63,042 bases of DNA, filler included, from Neolecta irregularis DAH-3 (GCA_001929475.1; 7 parts of 7 records of this genome joined end to end with filler, not necessarily neighbours in it), one strand, 5' to 3'; shown: positions 24,365 to 36,969, numbered from the whole stretch's first letter. Numbers and translations are program-made. Notes: generated by a model not told the origin, from the sequence alone.

Positions 24365-27300
24365 TCAGTTTGCACCACCTCGTCCTCTTCCGCGTCCTCT
24401 AAATCCACTTCCTCGGATGGGAGCTCCACCTCTAGGACTTTGTGTAAACCCAATAGTATGATCTGCATTCCATGCAGTCATTCTTCCATGAGGTGGGTTT
24501 GCTCTTTGAAAGACTTTTGCTGGTTCGACATTTTGAGTTGGAACAAGGTGTTTCTTTGATACTGGACCTTGATTTTGGTGTCGAGGCAACTGGTGATCTC
24601 GGCTGGCAATCGTGAAAGTATGTGATGTAGGCATTTCTTCAGTGACTGGAGGCACATAAGCACGGGGTCCCTGTCCTGTACGCTGAGGCAACTGATGATC
24701 TCGGCTGGCGATCGTGAAAGAATGGGGAGTAGGCATTTCTTCAATGACTGGAGGCACATAAGCACGGGGTCCCTGTCCTGTACGCCGAGGCAACTGGTGA
24801 TCTCGGCTGGCGAGCGTGAAAGCATGGGGAGTAGGCATTTCTTCAACGACTGGAGGCACATAAGCACGGGGTCTGTGTTCTGGATGTCGAGACAACTGAT
24901 GATCTCGGCTGGCGATCGTGAAAGCATGGGGAGTAGGCATTTCTTCAATGACTGGAGGTACGAAAGCATGGTGGCCTCTCCGAGCTGATTGTCCTCTGGG
25001 TGGATAAGTCCCTCTATGTCTATCATACTTTTGAAGACCATTGGGACTTTGTTTCTTCTCTTGTTCCACCCTCTTTGCGATTGACGCTTTTGTCGTTGCA
25101 ACGGCACTTTTTTGAGTGAGATTCAACACCACTGATTTTGAGCAAGCCATTCCACGATAGATTTCACATCGTCCACCAAGGTCAGAACCACTCATGAATG
25201 CACTGTCAAAGACAACGTCGACAGAATCTGTAGAGATCCCAACAACTGTCCCCCGAGCGGCGATTGGTACTTTTCCAGTTTCTTGTACGTACACTACTCG
25301 ATCTCCCAAAGCAAAAGTTTGATTCTGAAGATGTGCCGATGCATGCTCTGGTTTTAACAACGCCTTTCGAGGGACTCCGTTGATCATGGTGGCCTGTGGA
25401 GTGACTGCTTTTTGATTGTATTCATCAATGCTCTTCTGAAGCAATAGGATTGTTGATGCCGACAATTGACTCGATTCCAACGGAACCTGCTCGAAGCCTT
25501 TGGAATTGATTTCCTTCAACCAAGATTTAATTTCCTCGATCTTTTTCTTTGCCATCTGAGGTGGATAAAGGTCTTCTGCTTTGAACATGTCTAAAATATC
25601 AAAAATTACCAAGAATTTTCTGAACCATACCTGAACGAGAGGTTTTGTCGATTCCAGAGACAAACTCTGGAAATCTCTTTTTATATTCCTGTAACAATTC
25701 AATCGCCTTTGTACTAAATTCCCAGCCATTATTAGATTTTCGTGAATAACCCAAAACCTTCATCCTGCGTGCTTCGAATTTAAGGTTTAGTCCAAGATTT
25801 ACTCTTGTCTCATTGACTACAACTGAAAGACTTGACATGATTTTGCTAAGACCTAGTGCAGACATCTTGACCATTTTTTGGACGTGGTAAGATGAAAAAT
25901 AAGGAGAAGCTTTATCCTCCTGAGCAGCGAGTTCATGGCCAATAGAAGGTTCTTTTGTTTTCTGTGGATCTGAGCTAGTTTTACGACATGAAACGTACCA
26001 GGGATGACAACCAAATATCAATCTTTCCGTTGGTATGTCCAATCACCTGGAGAGGACGGCCGTAATTGAATTCCCCTAGAAAGAATGCTCGAGAATCAAT
26101 AGGATATTCCTCTTCGACAGGTGGAGCATCTTGTTCCTACCATCATCAGCTTTGAAAAAGTGGCAATGCGATACAATGAACCGCGCATCAAGCGAGCTTA
26201 TTTCCTCCACGACTGTCTGAACAGGATATTCTGTTTCAACACCTGAAATCTCTCCGTACGTCTTGACCATGGCACCTTCATCGGTTCGCTTTAGTCCTTT
26301 GCATTAATCGTCGGTCAACAAGGCAAGTACCTTTGAGTAGTTCGACGTGAACCATGTGCTCAATACAACCTACCATAACGCCATAACGTTTGGTATATCG
26401 TTCCTCCAATCTTCTAGCCCTCTTAGCCCAGGCATCGATATCAGCAGGTCGTTGAGGAAGTGATATGAGCTGTTGACGACCATTAACAGCCATATATTCA
26501 TATCTCATCAGTTCGTTGGAAATTCCAGTCACTCGGGCTTCAGATAAATAAGGCCAACCTGAAGAAATCAATAATTCTAGCAGGAAATGATGATACCAAC
26601 GAAAACGACTTTCCCAAGAAGCTCTCTCGCAATCTGCTCACTCTTCATATCACTCCACTTGTTTTCAAGTTGGATAGTCATGGTTTCTCCGGAAGATTCT
26701 CTTTGAAAAACCGTAACGCCAGGAAAGCCCAAGATACCGTGGACAGGGAGTGTATGTAATGAGGGGAATCCAGCAAGCGCGTCCTTCCCCAAAAGAACGC
26801 CATCACAAAGTCCCACAAAGAATTCCAAGCCGCTAACGTCTGGTAATTTGAATTCTGTCATCGCGCATTTACAATTCGGAATATCAGGGAACAGAGAACG
26901 AATAGATGTGGGATAAACGTGATTCAGCTTTTCGTCGAAAGTAAATTTCAGAGGCGCAGCCAAAGAGTTTCGAGCACATTCTTGTTTTGATAACATATTC
27001 TCTTGGACTAGTAAAGTGAGTATTAAGAAAGAAGAGTGTTTAATACGCTTCATTGCAGATAACAATCTTTTCTCATCAATAAAAGGAATTTTGACAACTG
27101 CCTCCCATTCATTTTTCTTTCCGTTCATATCCAGCTCAAAGTTCTGGGGATAAAAGTCCAAAATGGGTGAAGTCTCGTCAGTCATCAGTCCCTAAAAGAG
27201 TCAATTAGGCGTCATGGGTAAAAGCTACCCTAAATGCAGGCGGAATTAAGTTTTGACTCAGTGAAGGAAGAACTCCCATCAGCTGCTCAAAAGGTTTGAA

Positions 27301-29199
27301 TGGGGTTCCCAGTTGAAAATCAAGATTGGCACCAAGGCCTTTCTTCAGATCTATTGCATGAGCACATATTCTTCTAGAATTACACACCTGATGTCTTGGG
27401 AGAATAGTGATAATGATAAAACCAACCCCAACTGGCAACGCCGCGGTAGTAATAAAACAGAACCCATTGAAGACCTTCAATATAATTTTCCGTCATTTTA
27501 CGTAGATTTTCCTCGTCATTCAAACTAAATCCGACTTTATCCTGACAGATTTGTACGATTTCCGGCGGATATTAACGTACCTTGTAATACTCATCTTTCC
27601 ATTGGTCAAACTTTTCATCATACTTCTGCTTCATTTCGATCTCAGCATCAAGATCAATAACAGGGAGTTTATCCCATTTTTTTATTACCCTTATCACGGC
27701 ATGTTTGGCCTCTGGCTCTTCTAGTTCGGGGAATGTAACTCGAATGTGCCGTGTTCCATCTTGAGAAGCCCTCTCAAATCGGATTCCGAGTTCTCTCGAG
27801 ATATCTTCAACGAATTTTCGATCGGCAGCAGAGATATCGACAGGGAAATCAACAGCCCTCTCAGCGCCAATATTTTCTTTCAATATATTGAACAATTCTT
27901 TTTGAGAGCTAGTAAGTTGTCTTCTCTTGCTGGACGTCGAAGAATTCGGCTTCTGGGTTTCACGTCTTGCATTGATCCAACTAACATCCGCATTGTCCAA
28001 CTCGAAAAACTCTCTTTCAAATTTCTCAAGCTCTTCAAGGATCAATGCCAACCTTTCCATATTAATGACCCCACCATTGTTGATGTAACCCCCAGATTTA
28101 GGCAGTATGTTTTTATATGCCTGATACATAAGGACTAAAGCGCCTTCATTGATGTGCAAATGCGGTAAGTGTGGCAAGAAATCATTTCCGACAAAAAAAG
28201 CTAATAAAATGAAATCGTCGATTATCTGTTCGAGGTCATAGTCAAATTTCAGACTTTCACGAAGAGACTCAAACTCTAAATCAAGGTATTCTCGAAGGAT
28301 TGAAAAATGAAGCAAGAAAAAATTTGTGGATTCAAGACTATTTATTAATGCGGCGTGGAAGAACGTGAAAATACTCTTTCAATTTCTTCCTCTGGGGCCC
28401 AAAAGTAACTTCTTCGCGCAATAAGCTGAAATGCGGGTCGTGCGACAGAAGCCCAAGCATGATTAAATCTGCATCAAGACCATATAAACAATGCCGGATA
28501 TTTGGATCGTAGTCTGGTTGGGCTTTTGCATGACGAATATACTCCATGATCTTGTGTTCCCCTTCTCCAGGCGTCTGAAGTCAGCAGCTATCATGAATGC
28601 AGAACGCACCTCATGACCTGATAGTACGATCACTACGTCACGCCAGGAAGCGTCGTCGGTGATCTTCTTGTTGATAAAATAGCGCAAATGATTCGAAAGT
28701 TTTGCCATGAACTCTGTTCCTAGATTGTCAATCAGTGCAGAGTTTTCTTTTTGAAACCTGGCGTAATGCAATTGCTATCGAATGGAGCTTCAGCGGGAGG
28801 GTCCTCACCCTTCTGTATCATTTTACGACGCGCCTCTTCAGCATCCTTTGCTGTTCGAAATCTTCTGCTTCGTTGTTGATTCATTTTGGCTCTTGGAGCC
28901 ACGCCTACGAAATTTGAGCCTACAGGCCGCAAGATATTTTGCATACCGTCAATCGCCATAAAGAACAATTTTTTAGGTTTGATCTTCTCAAACAAGTGTT
29001 CAATATAGCTGAAAATATTGATAAACATACGATCTTCTGAGATTTGAAAGGAATGTTGATCATTATGTGTACAGTTATGGATGATGCCATTCATATCCAG
29101 ATACAAATTGTCAAATTCAGGGATGTGTGTAACGGAAATCAACTGCGAACATGTGGGATAGCGCTCCGATAGCCATCGATAGAATTTGGGAATACCCAT
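24365..29199 (-). CDS. XRN1: 5'-3' exoribonuclease 1 (Xrn1/Exo2)
   Basis: [73 protein letters not shown], plus the long Xrn1-specific C-terminal domains (LGDRVVYV). Confidence 0.97.
24560..24972 (-). repeat. Four 102-bp (34-aa) tandem coding repeats in the XRN1 tail
   Basis: A[YF]VPPVxEEMPT[PS]HxFTxASRDHQL repeated four times. Confidence 0.95.
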
Positions 29200-29825
29200 A
29201 TTGACAACGAAGAGTAATGGTGGATGTGCTAAAAAAGATGTAGTCAGAGGTATTAATAAATTGGCCAGTAAGTCCCAACCAATATCCTTTGTTTTAGATA
29301 ACCCAAATATTTGAAAACTGATCTTGAGATTTTTTCGGCAAGTTTCCTTGCGCGATGGATTAAGAGCTTCGCTCATTCAAATGTTGAATTTAAATTGATT
29401 TGATATTGCCGCCATCATACAGAAAACGCTCTCTGAACTCACCGACACCGGCAGTTTAAGTTCTGATTGCACAATTCTGACTATTTATTAAAACCATACT
29501 CCTGTAACTTATTACTCCAAACCGCAGATGAATTGTTGTTAACCCTTAACCCTCTGGAAATCACTTCAGAATTGCATGGTAATCTCTAATCCAACCAACC
29601 TGAAAAAGTAGTATCCAACCGTCCCTATCACCGTCAACATCGGGGGAAGGGTGTTTAACATCAACGACAATGTATACCCAGCAATTGGAGCGATTGCTCT
29701 TTCAGTCAATATGGGCAAAGCTGCTNNNNNNNNNNNNNNNNNNNNNNNNNNNNNNNNNNNNNNNNNNNNTTAATTAATTAANNNNNNNNNNNNNNNNNNN
29801 NNNNNNNNNNNNNNNNNNNNNNNNN

Positions 29826-30028
29826 CTCTGCTGACGGCGCGGTGCTGTACCTGCACGCGCTGCTCTTTGCGGTCGTCGCGCTGTGGGCCCAGCATAATCC
29901 GACGCGGCCGGTCGCGGTGTTGCAGTGCGCATGAACGTAACTAGATCACTGGTTGATCCTTTATATCTATTTAATTCCCCTTAATATATCCAAGCCACTG
30001 ACCTTATTCGTAGAGTATGCCTTTGGTA
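29826..30028 (+). repeat. About 200-bp diverged direct repeat of 31656-31851, including a derlin-like fragment
   Basis: Near-identical sequence with several substitutions and indels between the copies. Confidence 0.9.
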
Positions 30029-30226
30029 TCGATCGTGGACCTGTGGATGTTTTGGAAGTCGAGTCCATTTCTTTTGCAATAGTCTTGAGCTAATTGGGTT
30101 TCCAGTCTCAATAACTCGACTGTCTTTGCAACCATCATAATCGGTGTTTCAATACTGAGAAGTTAGTCCTTCTGTAACACTTAAATTTTATGAAACATAT
30201 ACGTGAGAGTAGGCAGGATCTAAAAG

Positions 30227-30397
30227 AGAAGAGTGGGAAGCGTGATATAGTAGGTAGGTTCTAGAAGAGTGGGAAGCGTGATATAGTAGGTAGGTTCTAG
30301 AAGAGTGGGAAGCGTGATATAGTAGGTAGGTTCTAGAAGAGCGGGAAGCGTGATATAGTAGGTAGGTTCTAGAAGAGTGGGAAGCGTGATATAGTAG
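30227..30397. repeat. 36-bp tandem repeat AGAAGAGTGGGAAGCGTGATATAGTAGGTAGGTTCT (about 4.7 copies)
   Basis: Directly visible; the copies are adjacent with no spacers. Confidence 0.95.
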
Positions 30398-30605
30398 TGG
30401 AGATGCTGNNNNNNNNNNATTGAAACTATGTTTCAAATATGTCACCAAACAATATAAAAAGTCAATCATCTTGCGACAAGAAACTATTGAAAGAAATCCA
30501 AAGACATCTAGATTTTATAGTTCAACTCGGTTTTCTATAATTTGTAACGTGCATATATACCCCCAAAAGCAGTACAACGCCATACCGATCCAAAATCCCG
30601 ATAAA

Positions 30606-31166
30606 TTAATAATCTTCACGTTCTGTGAAAAAATAAGTGAATGTGATGATGGTCACGTAGATAGTCAAGCCGCCGACGAGTGACATGATACATACTATTG
30701 GTAGAATTATTCCGGAATGTGCCAAGAGAATCGGAAGAGCTATATTGTTACGATCGTTCAAAGGAGAATAAAAGAGCATACACACTCCTGTAGCGACTAG
30801 CGCGCCCGTCAAAAATTGACCGAGATCGGCGACTCCGCTACTAATCAATTCAGCGGCGACATGATAGGGAGGTGGAGATACCCCGAATCTCCAGTCATAA
30901 AATCTTCCCCGTTTGAATATCTCCCACAGATGGCGTTAGGCAGTGGAGCAAGAATAAACGATGTGGCTTGATTCGTGAGCCAAATAAATAATGAGCAGAG
31001 GAACGACTACCAACAAGTAACGGCATCCAATTGGCAAAAAGGGCGCATGAAAGTATCACTAGTAAGAACCCACAGGCTATCGCAGCAGAGAGCGTGATTA
31101 ATCTGTGTCGTGAGTGCTCGTTGGCGGGGAATTGGATAGATACGTTTTGATACCGGGCGTCGCCAT
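30606..31166 (-). CDS. VPS55: Vacuolar protein sorting 55 (OB-RGRP family)
   Basis: LITLSAAIACGFLLVILSCALFANWMPLLV, DLGQFLTGALV, IALPILLAHSGII and MSLVGG. Confidence 0.93.
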
Positions 31167-31530
31167 TAATGGAGATTTGCGAAGAGTCTTCCTCGTCATT
31201 TAGGTATTGCATTTGTATCTAATGATAATACATATGATAGAGTCAAAAATACGCGAATAAACATGCAAAATAGTTTTACCTAGAATAAAACGAGATACGG
31301 TGGATTCCTTCCCGTGGTCATTTGACATTGATTATTTTCCAGGTATTCATCAACGACTGTTCTCTTTGTGCAGGTCTCTGTGCATATTCTGGAGGTATCA
31401 CCTATCTGTTATGTTCACAGCAGGAATTAGAAAATAAGATGTGTAATGAAGGTCCTCGATTAAGACTAGTTTTTAGGCTAGTATAGAAGTGAGAATGAGG
31501 ACGTGACTGCTCCCTCCATCCCGGATCTGT

Positions 31531-31757
31531 GGCGTGCATGGGCCTGGTGGAGCCGCACCAACTGGCCAACGTGTGGGCGTACTCGGTGGCGCGCCTGCAG
31601 CTGTGGCGCGGGTAGATGTGGCGCACAACGGTGGCGGTGGCGGTGCTGGCCGCGTCTCTGCTGACGGCGCGGTGCTGTACCTGCACGCGCTGCTCTTTGC
31701 GGTCGTCGCGCTGTGGGCCCAACAGCACCCGACGCGGCCGGTTGCGGTGTTGCAGTC
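31531..31757 (+). pseudogene. GC-rich derlin (Der1/Dfm1)-like gene fragment
   Basis: VARLQLWR resembles the derlin WR motif and LHALLFAVVALWAQQHPTRPV resembles the derlin YxWSxxNP region. The frames are broken and the middle of the gene is missing. Confidence 0.5.
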
Positions 31758-32048
31758 TAGATCACTGGTTGATCCTTTATATGCTTATCTATTTAATTCC
31801 CCTTAATATATCCAAGCCACTGACCTTATTCGTAGAGTATGCCTTTGGTATNNNNNNNNNNNNNNNNNNNNNNNNNNNNNNNNNNNNNNNNNNNNTTAAT
31901 TAATTAANNNNNNNNNNNNNNNNNNNNNNNNNNNNNNNNNNNNNNNNNNNNGATAATGACTTTGCGTGTACTTTTGGTCCAGGCAAGGCTGTTGGAAACC
32001 TTGTGCCATTGATGGGCGCAACCTACTATTTAGTTTGAGAATTTGAAA

Positions 32049-33191
32049 TTAAACCTTTTTCTGGGCCAGAATTCGAGATGGAGATGGCAGGGCCAGTTTT
32101 CGTGATGGAGATTTCTGCAGAATTCGAGATGAAGACGTCTGCAGAATTCGTGGAGATGGTAAATGAGAAACGAACTTGGAACCGGGTAATGAAGGACCTA
32201 ATGGGACTGCCAATATAGCAGGTCGATTGGATTCGACTTTTCGATGAACTTGATCATGTAATCGATTGGGTACAGAACCTCGAGCAGCAGGGTTGTTTCC
32301 GAGCAGAGGATTGAGAGGATTGAGATTCTTTGGAGATGAGGTATCATGTGCGACGTCTTCCATGTGAATGTCGGGTGATGTTTTATTTTCCAATTTTGGT
32401 TCCACTTGGGGTTCGATAGCGGCAGCTCTGGCTTTCTTTTCGTCGTATTTATTGAGAAACGAGAACAATAAACTGTTTGGGTTGGTGGAGTTTGATGCAA
32501 GAATTTCTGATGTCTCTAGTCCCCTTTTTTTGACAAGCAGGTTCCACATTTTCTGGACGTTGAATGCAGCGTCTTTGCGCTGTCGCGATCGATAATCTCT
32601 CCAGCAGGACTGGATAATGCTTGCTGAACGGGATTTTGTACACGCGTGCTTTCTTGCCCTCCACCACGCCTGGATCTTTATGGCTGCATCGATGGATTCT
32701 TGCAGATCGAGACTTTTGCGGGCGAGCCATCCGCGAAACAGCTTTTGGATGCGGACGGCGGCGTCTGGATGCGACAGAGGGAGAGGGCAATTGGGGGTTA
32801 TTTTGGCATTTTGATGGGTTTGGGAGCAGCGCCGCTGGGACAGCCTGCGGATGGTGCTGGTGCGTCTGCGGGGTTTTTTGATGCGCTCGATGCTCCCGGG
32901 CGCTGTGAGGAACAGCTGGGCGGGGTCCTGGAGGTGCGGGAGGTGCGGGAGGTGCGGGCGGCGCAGGGCAAGGTCGCGGCTGTCACGCTCAACGGTCTTT
33001 GTGGCCGTGATGTAGCTCTGGCGGCGGCTGAACCTGCGATCCGGGGCGGGGCTGTGCTTTGAGGGCGGGGCGAGAAAAACGGCGGGGCGGCGGGAGGCGA
33101 GCTGCAGCTGCTGGTAGAGTCTGCGCTGGGCGGCCGAGGGGGTGCCGAACAGGATGGATCGGAGTCTGGGCGGCGTATGGCACGAGTCCAT
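32049..33191 (-). CDS. Hypothetical protein with 3-4 IQ calmodulin-binding motifs
   Basis: IQKLFRGWLARK, IQAWWRARK, IQSCWRDYRSRQ and VQKMW. The longer ORF called from 33626 crosses an N gap and is an artefact. Confidence 0.7.
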   Translation of the reverse strand: MDSCHTPPRLRSILFGTPSAAQRRLYQQLQLASRRPAVFLAPPSKHSPAPDRRFSRRQSYITATKTVERDSRDLALRRPHLPHLPHLQDPAQLFLTAPGSIERIKKPRRRTSTIRRLSQRRCSQTHQNAKITPNCPLPLSHPDAAVRIQKLFRGWLARKSLDLQESIDAAIKIQAWWRARKHACTKSRSASIIQSCWRDYRSRQRKDAAFNVQKMWNLLVKKRGLETSEILASNSTNPNSLLFSFLNKYDEKKARAAAIEPQVEPKLENKTSPDIHMEDVAHDTSSPKNLNPLNPLLGNNPAARGSVPNRLHDQVHRKVESNRPAILAVPLGPSLPGSKFVSHLPSPRILQTSSSRILQKSPSRKLALPSPSRILAQKKV

Positions 33192-33251
33192 GGATGGGAG
33201 TCGACTGGCGCTGCGGGAGGCTCGACTGGCGCTGCGGGAGACTCGACTGGG

Positions 33252-33569
33252 ATGACCACTCCCCTCGCCCGCCTCGCACCCTACCTCCCGCACCACCACC
33301 ACCACCACCCGGGATCGCCCTTTGTCACGCTGGCCTATGCCCAGTCTGCAGACGCGCGCATAGCCGGTGCCGGCGGTGCTGCGCTGCCGCTGTCTGGCGC
33401 CGAAAGCGCGCATCTCACGCACCTGCTGCGCGCGCAGCACGCCGCGATCCTGGTCGGCGCCAACACCGCGATCGCAGACCGCCCGCAGCTCAACGGTACG
33501 TGGGCTGCTGCGCAGTGCTAAGCGGCCAGCGCGGATTGGCGGCTCGCCGTGCCCGCCCGCGCAGCAGCC
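33252..33569 (+). CDS. RIB7: Rib7-type pyrimidine reductase of riboflavin synthesis (5' part, cut by a gap)
   Basis: PFVTLAYAQSADARIA, LSGAESAHLTHLLRAQHAAILVGANTAIADRPQLN. Confidence 0.88.
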
Positions 33570-33733
33570 NNNNNNNNNNGGATTGAGATTCTTTGGAGAT
33601 GAGGTATCATGTGCGACGTCTTCCATGTGAATGNNNNNNNNNNNNNNNNNNNNNNNNNNNNNNNNNNNNNNNNNNNNTTAATTAATTAANNNNNNNNNNN
33701 NNNNNNNNNNNNNNNNNNNNNNNNNNNNNNNNN

Positions 33734-34430
33734 GGTTAGGTATGCTCTCATGTACATAGATGTCCACGTACTGAGGTTAGAATAAACCCTAGTCTTATTT
33801 GTACCCTAGTCCCCTTCTTACAACTGCTATAGAAGCCTCTGGTGAACTGCTGTGCAGCCTGCTGCCACTCCCAGGTTTATATCTGTCACTTTCCATTTTC
33901 ATTATCTCTCCTTTCTCTTTGTACTCTTTCTGTTTGATACCAGCCTGCTGCTGGCAGCTATTAAAAGGGCTGGTCTTCTGTATTGTTTGCTAGCCAATTG
34001 TATTAATCTATTTCCATTTCCAAGTCTTGACAAGTGACAACACAAGAGATTGAAAGCCCATACAACTGTGCTCACCAATCAACAATCTAATAATCCTGTA
34101 AACACCTACAACAACTAGATACACCCTGAAGACTTCATACAGAACAATAAGATAATATAGACGAGTAGAGAGAAATGTAGTAAGCATATATGCTAACAGT
34201 TAGCAGCCATAAGTATAAACTACTATGTTTAACTCCTCTTAGAATCCTAAGCTGTATAATGTACAGTCATGTCATAAATCTACCCTGTTCAGTATCTTGT
34301 AAGATAATCAGGAGAAATTCTTCATGTGCATTCACATTTGGTAAATTGCAAAATTGATAACAGTTCTGCATTATGACCTGAAGAATCTCTAGAGAAACAT
34401 ATTTCTACCATGATAGATGCTCTGACCATG
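33734..34430 (+). mobile_element. Degenerate LTR-retrotransposon-like relic
   Basis: AATAAA, then ...TTCTTACA followed by a degenerate PBS-like ACTGCTATAGAAGCC. The downstream sequence is stop-ridden and strongly CpG-depleted. Confidence 0.4.
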
Positions 34431-34529
34431 TATAGCGACCTGTGATTCAAGTTGGACCTAATTAATCCAAGTGTGAAGCCAAATGACCAGGATCGTGACC
34501 CGCAACTATAACCGCCTTCTGACGCCGCT

Positions 34530-36969
34530 ATGAGCCAGCATAGGACTCATAATCCTGTAGCAGGGTTTGTCATTTAGGCTGTATGAATAACCTGATGCTT
34601 AGGTATGATTTCGAAGACACCTATGATGGTCTGGGCGACGAACTGAACGAAAACAACGATGATGCGAATCAGGATACTTTCGGACAAGATGTTTCAAATA
34701 TTGGTGCTTGTCTTATCTTAATACACTTGGCTGACTGGTCAACAGGGAAGGATTTCGACTTCTTTGGAAATACGGCACAGATTTCTGAAGTTTTGGATGA
34801 AGAACAGATTACCTTTTCTCGGCGAAAGGTTATGCCCGCATATGCGAAGAGAGTCGGAGGTATCTATGCTCCTTTTTCGCTCCTAACATAAAGATAATGC
34901 TCAGGAATCACTGTTGAAGCCGATGGCCTCCTTATGGGACGAAGCCTTGTCTACACAACTGCCTCCCAGAATCGCAGTTGAGCAGGAAGCTTTTGATTCT
35001 CAACAGGTTGCTCCAACAAAGAAAGTTCTCAGCTTGGAGGAGATTGAAGCTCAAATTCTCGGACAAGTACCTCAACCGCAACATCCGCATAGCACTAGAG
35101 ATGAACCCCGTCATGATATGCATCCTATGCTTCCTCAGCAGAATCAATTCATACATCTGCTACCTCAACAACAATTCCTTGGCAATCACGGAATGATTGC
35201 ACCACGACATCAGCATATGCATCATCAGGGCCGCTCACCTCAATTTCCTTCTCATATGATGCCTCAACAGCTGCCTGTTCATCATCAAGGACCTCCAGGT
35301 TCTGTGATTTATCGTCCTCAACAGTTGCAGCAAATGATGATGCATGGCCTAGCTCCTCAGAATACGCACCAACATATGCCTTCAAATCCAATGCCATCTC
35401 ATTTGATGCATGAGCATCAAAGACAGGCCAGTCTGGATCATGAAAGAATACTGCGACAAGCTCAAAAAATAAATTATTTCGTTCATGCCAATCCCAATGT
35501 TTCCACTAATGGTCAGTCAAGATACGATGGAATTATGACCAAAGGCGATAAGAACTTTGTCCAGCGCATCCAGATATCACAGCTCGTATCCGACGATCCG
35601 TATGCCGACGATTTCTACTTTCAAGTCTACACTGGTGCTCATGCTCGACAGAATCCCATTCAGCCTCAAAACCAGCAGGTTGAGCTCGCTAGAGGCTATT
35701 TGCAGCAGCATGGTCAAGCGAATCGACGGAACCGTCGAAATGACGATCCATTGCAACGCATGCAGCAGCAAGTCATGAAAGTGATCGAACAGTCAAAGTC
35801 AAGACCAAAGGCCACACAATTGACGCTCGAAGGTGCTCTTGGAAAGATTGCTTTTGGAAGCGTGCGAAGGCCGAGGAAATTACTCAGTGTCAAAAAATCA
35901 ACAGATATTGGCGCACAAAAACACGCGAATGTATGAAGACGTGTAATGTTCTTGCTGATATCAGGGTAAAGTTCCTTCAAAGCAAGTTGTTCGAAAGATG
36001 CTGAAATCGATCGAAAATGTTTATGATTGTTTGATCCAACTCGGTGAAGTCGAGCGCAAAAGACCTCCTGTTCCTACTAAAACCGAGGGCAAAACATTCA
36101 TGCATTCGACATGGGAAGAAGAACGAGGGACTCTAATCCAAAAATTATGGTCAGAAACTCATATAATGGAGCCAATTGATCAAAGGTATCTGTCTCTTAA
36201 GATGACCAAGATTGAGATAAGTCCTGATGCTCATCCTTTTGTGGTCTTTATTTCGTATGGAAAAGGCAAAAAATCTATTCCGCGAATCTTTCAATATCTT
36301 GACCAAGACAAGCAAGCGACTATTGTGACTATGATCGTTGCGCATCTTGATCAAATAGATGTTGTTCGATTGGGAGACCATCACGATCAATGGGCTGTCG
36401 CTTATGAAGAGGAGATCGATACATTTCTTCGAGTTGTCCTCCCTGCTCTCGTAGCATATATTAATGAGGCTCCTCTTCGCGTCCTGGTGGGTCTACTGGG
36501 TATCTTGTTGGAACGAGCAGACGTCGCTTTTGTGTCTAGGACCAAAGTTGGATTGGCATTTCTTACCATGTTTGCTGCTCGAGCAGAACACCTCAAGCAC
36601 TCTGGAGAAAGCGATCTAGAAGATCTCCGACAATGGAGTGAAATTTACGAACGTTTGCTCGGAGCGTTGCAAGGCTGTTTCCATGATATGTTTCCCCCTC
36701 CTTCAATGCTCGTAGATGATATCTATGTCTGGCAATTTCTTGCTTCGATGGCTATCGGTGCAACTCTAGAGCAGCAAGCAGCACTTGTGACTGAAGTTCG
36801 GTTTGTATTTAGATACCTGCAGAATCTGATATTCTAGGGACCGAGTTTTGGAAAATGTCTTTCCAGCAAAGACACTACCAGAAAATATCGCAGCGCACAA
36901 AATTGCCAATACAAATTTATTCTTGGAAGCAATGGGCTTGAATTGCTCTCAACTCTCATACTGAAGTAA
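34530..36969 (+). CDS. PAT1: mRNA decapping activator Pat1
   Basis: DFEDTYDGLGDEL..NQDTFG, GKDFDFFG, LSLEEIE, MTKGDKNFVQRIQISQL, DDFYFQVY, LEGALGKI, GKGKKSIPRIF and VWQFLAS. Confidence 0.95.

Noticed and set aside
29539-29553. TTAACCCTTAACCCT, and AACCCTAAC at about 41115, as possible telomerase templates
   Set aside because: Short matches without evident surrounding pseudoknot structure; they are more likely chance or telobox-like sites.
29400-29725. Possible + strand exons (VPITVNIGGRVFNINDNVYPAIG) before a gap
   Set aside because: Too short and truncated to support a gene call.
30227-30397. 36-bp repeat resembling a CRISPR repeat in length
   Set aside because: The copies are contiguous with no unique spacers, there are no cas genes, and the context is eukaryotic.
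33580-33633. 54-bp exact copy of about 32317-32370 that extends the 525-aa ORF
   Set aside because: Isolated between N gaps at a contig end; most likely an assembly artefact.
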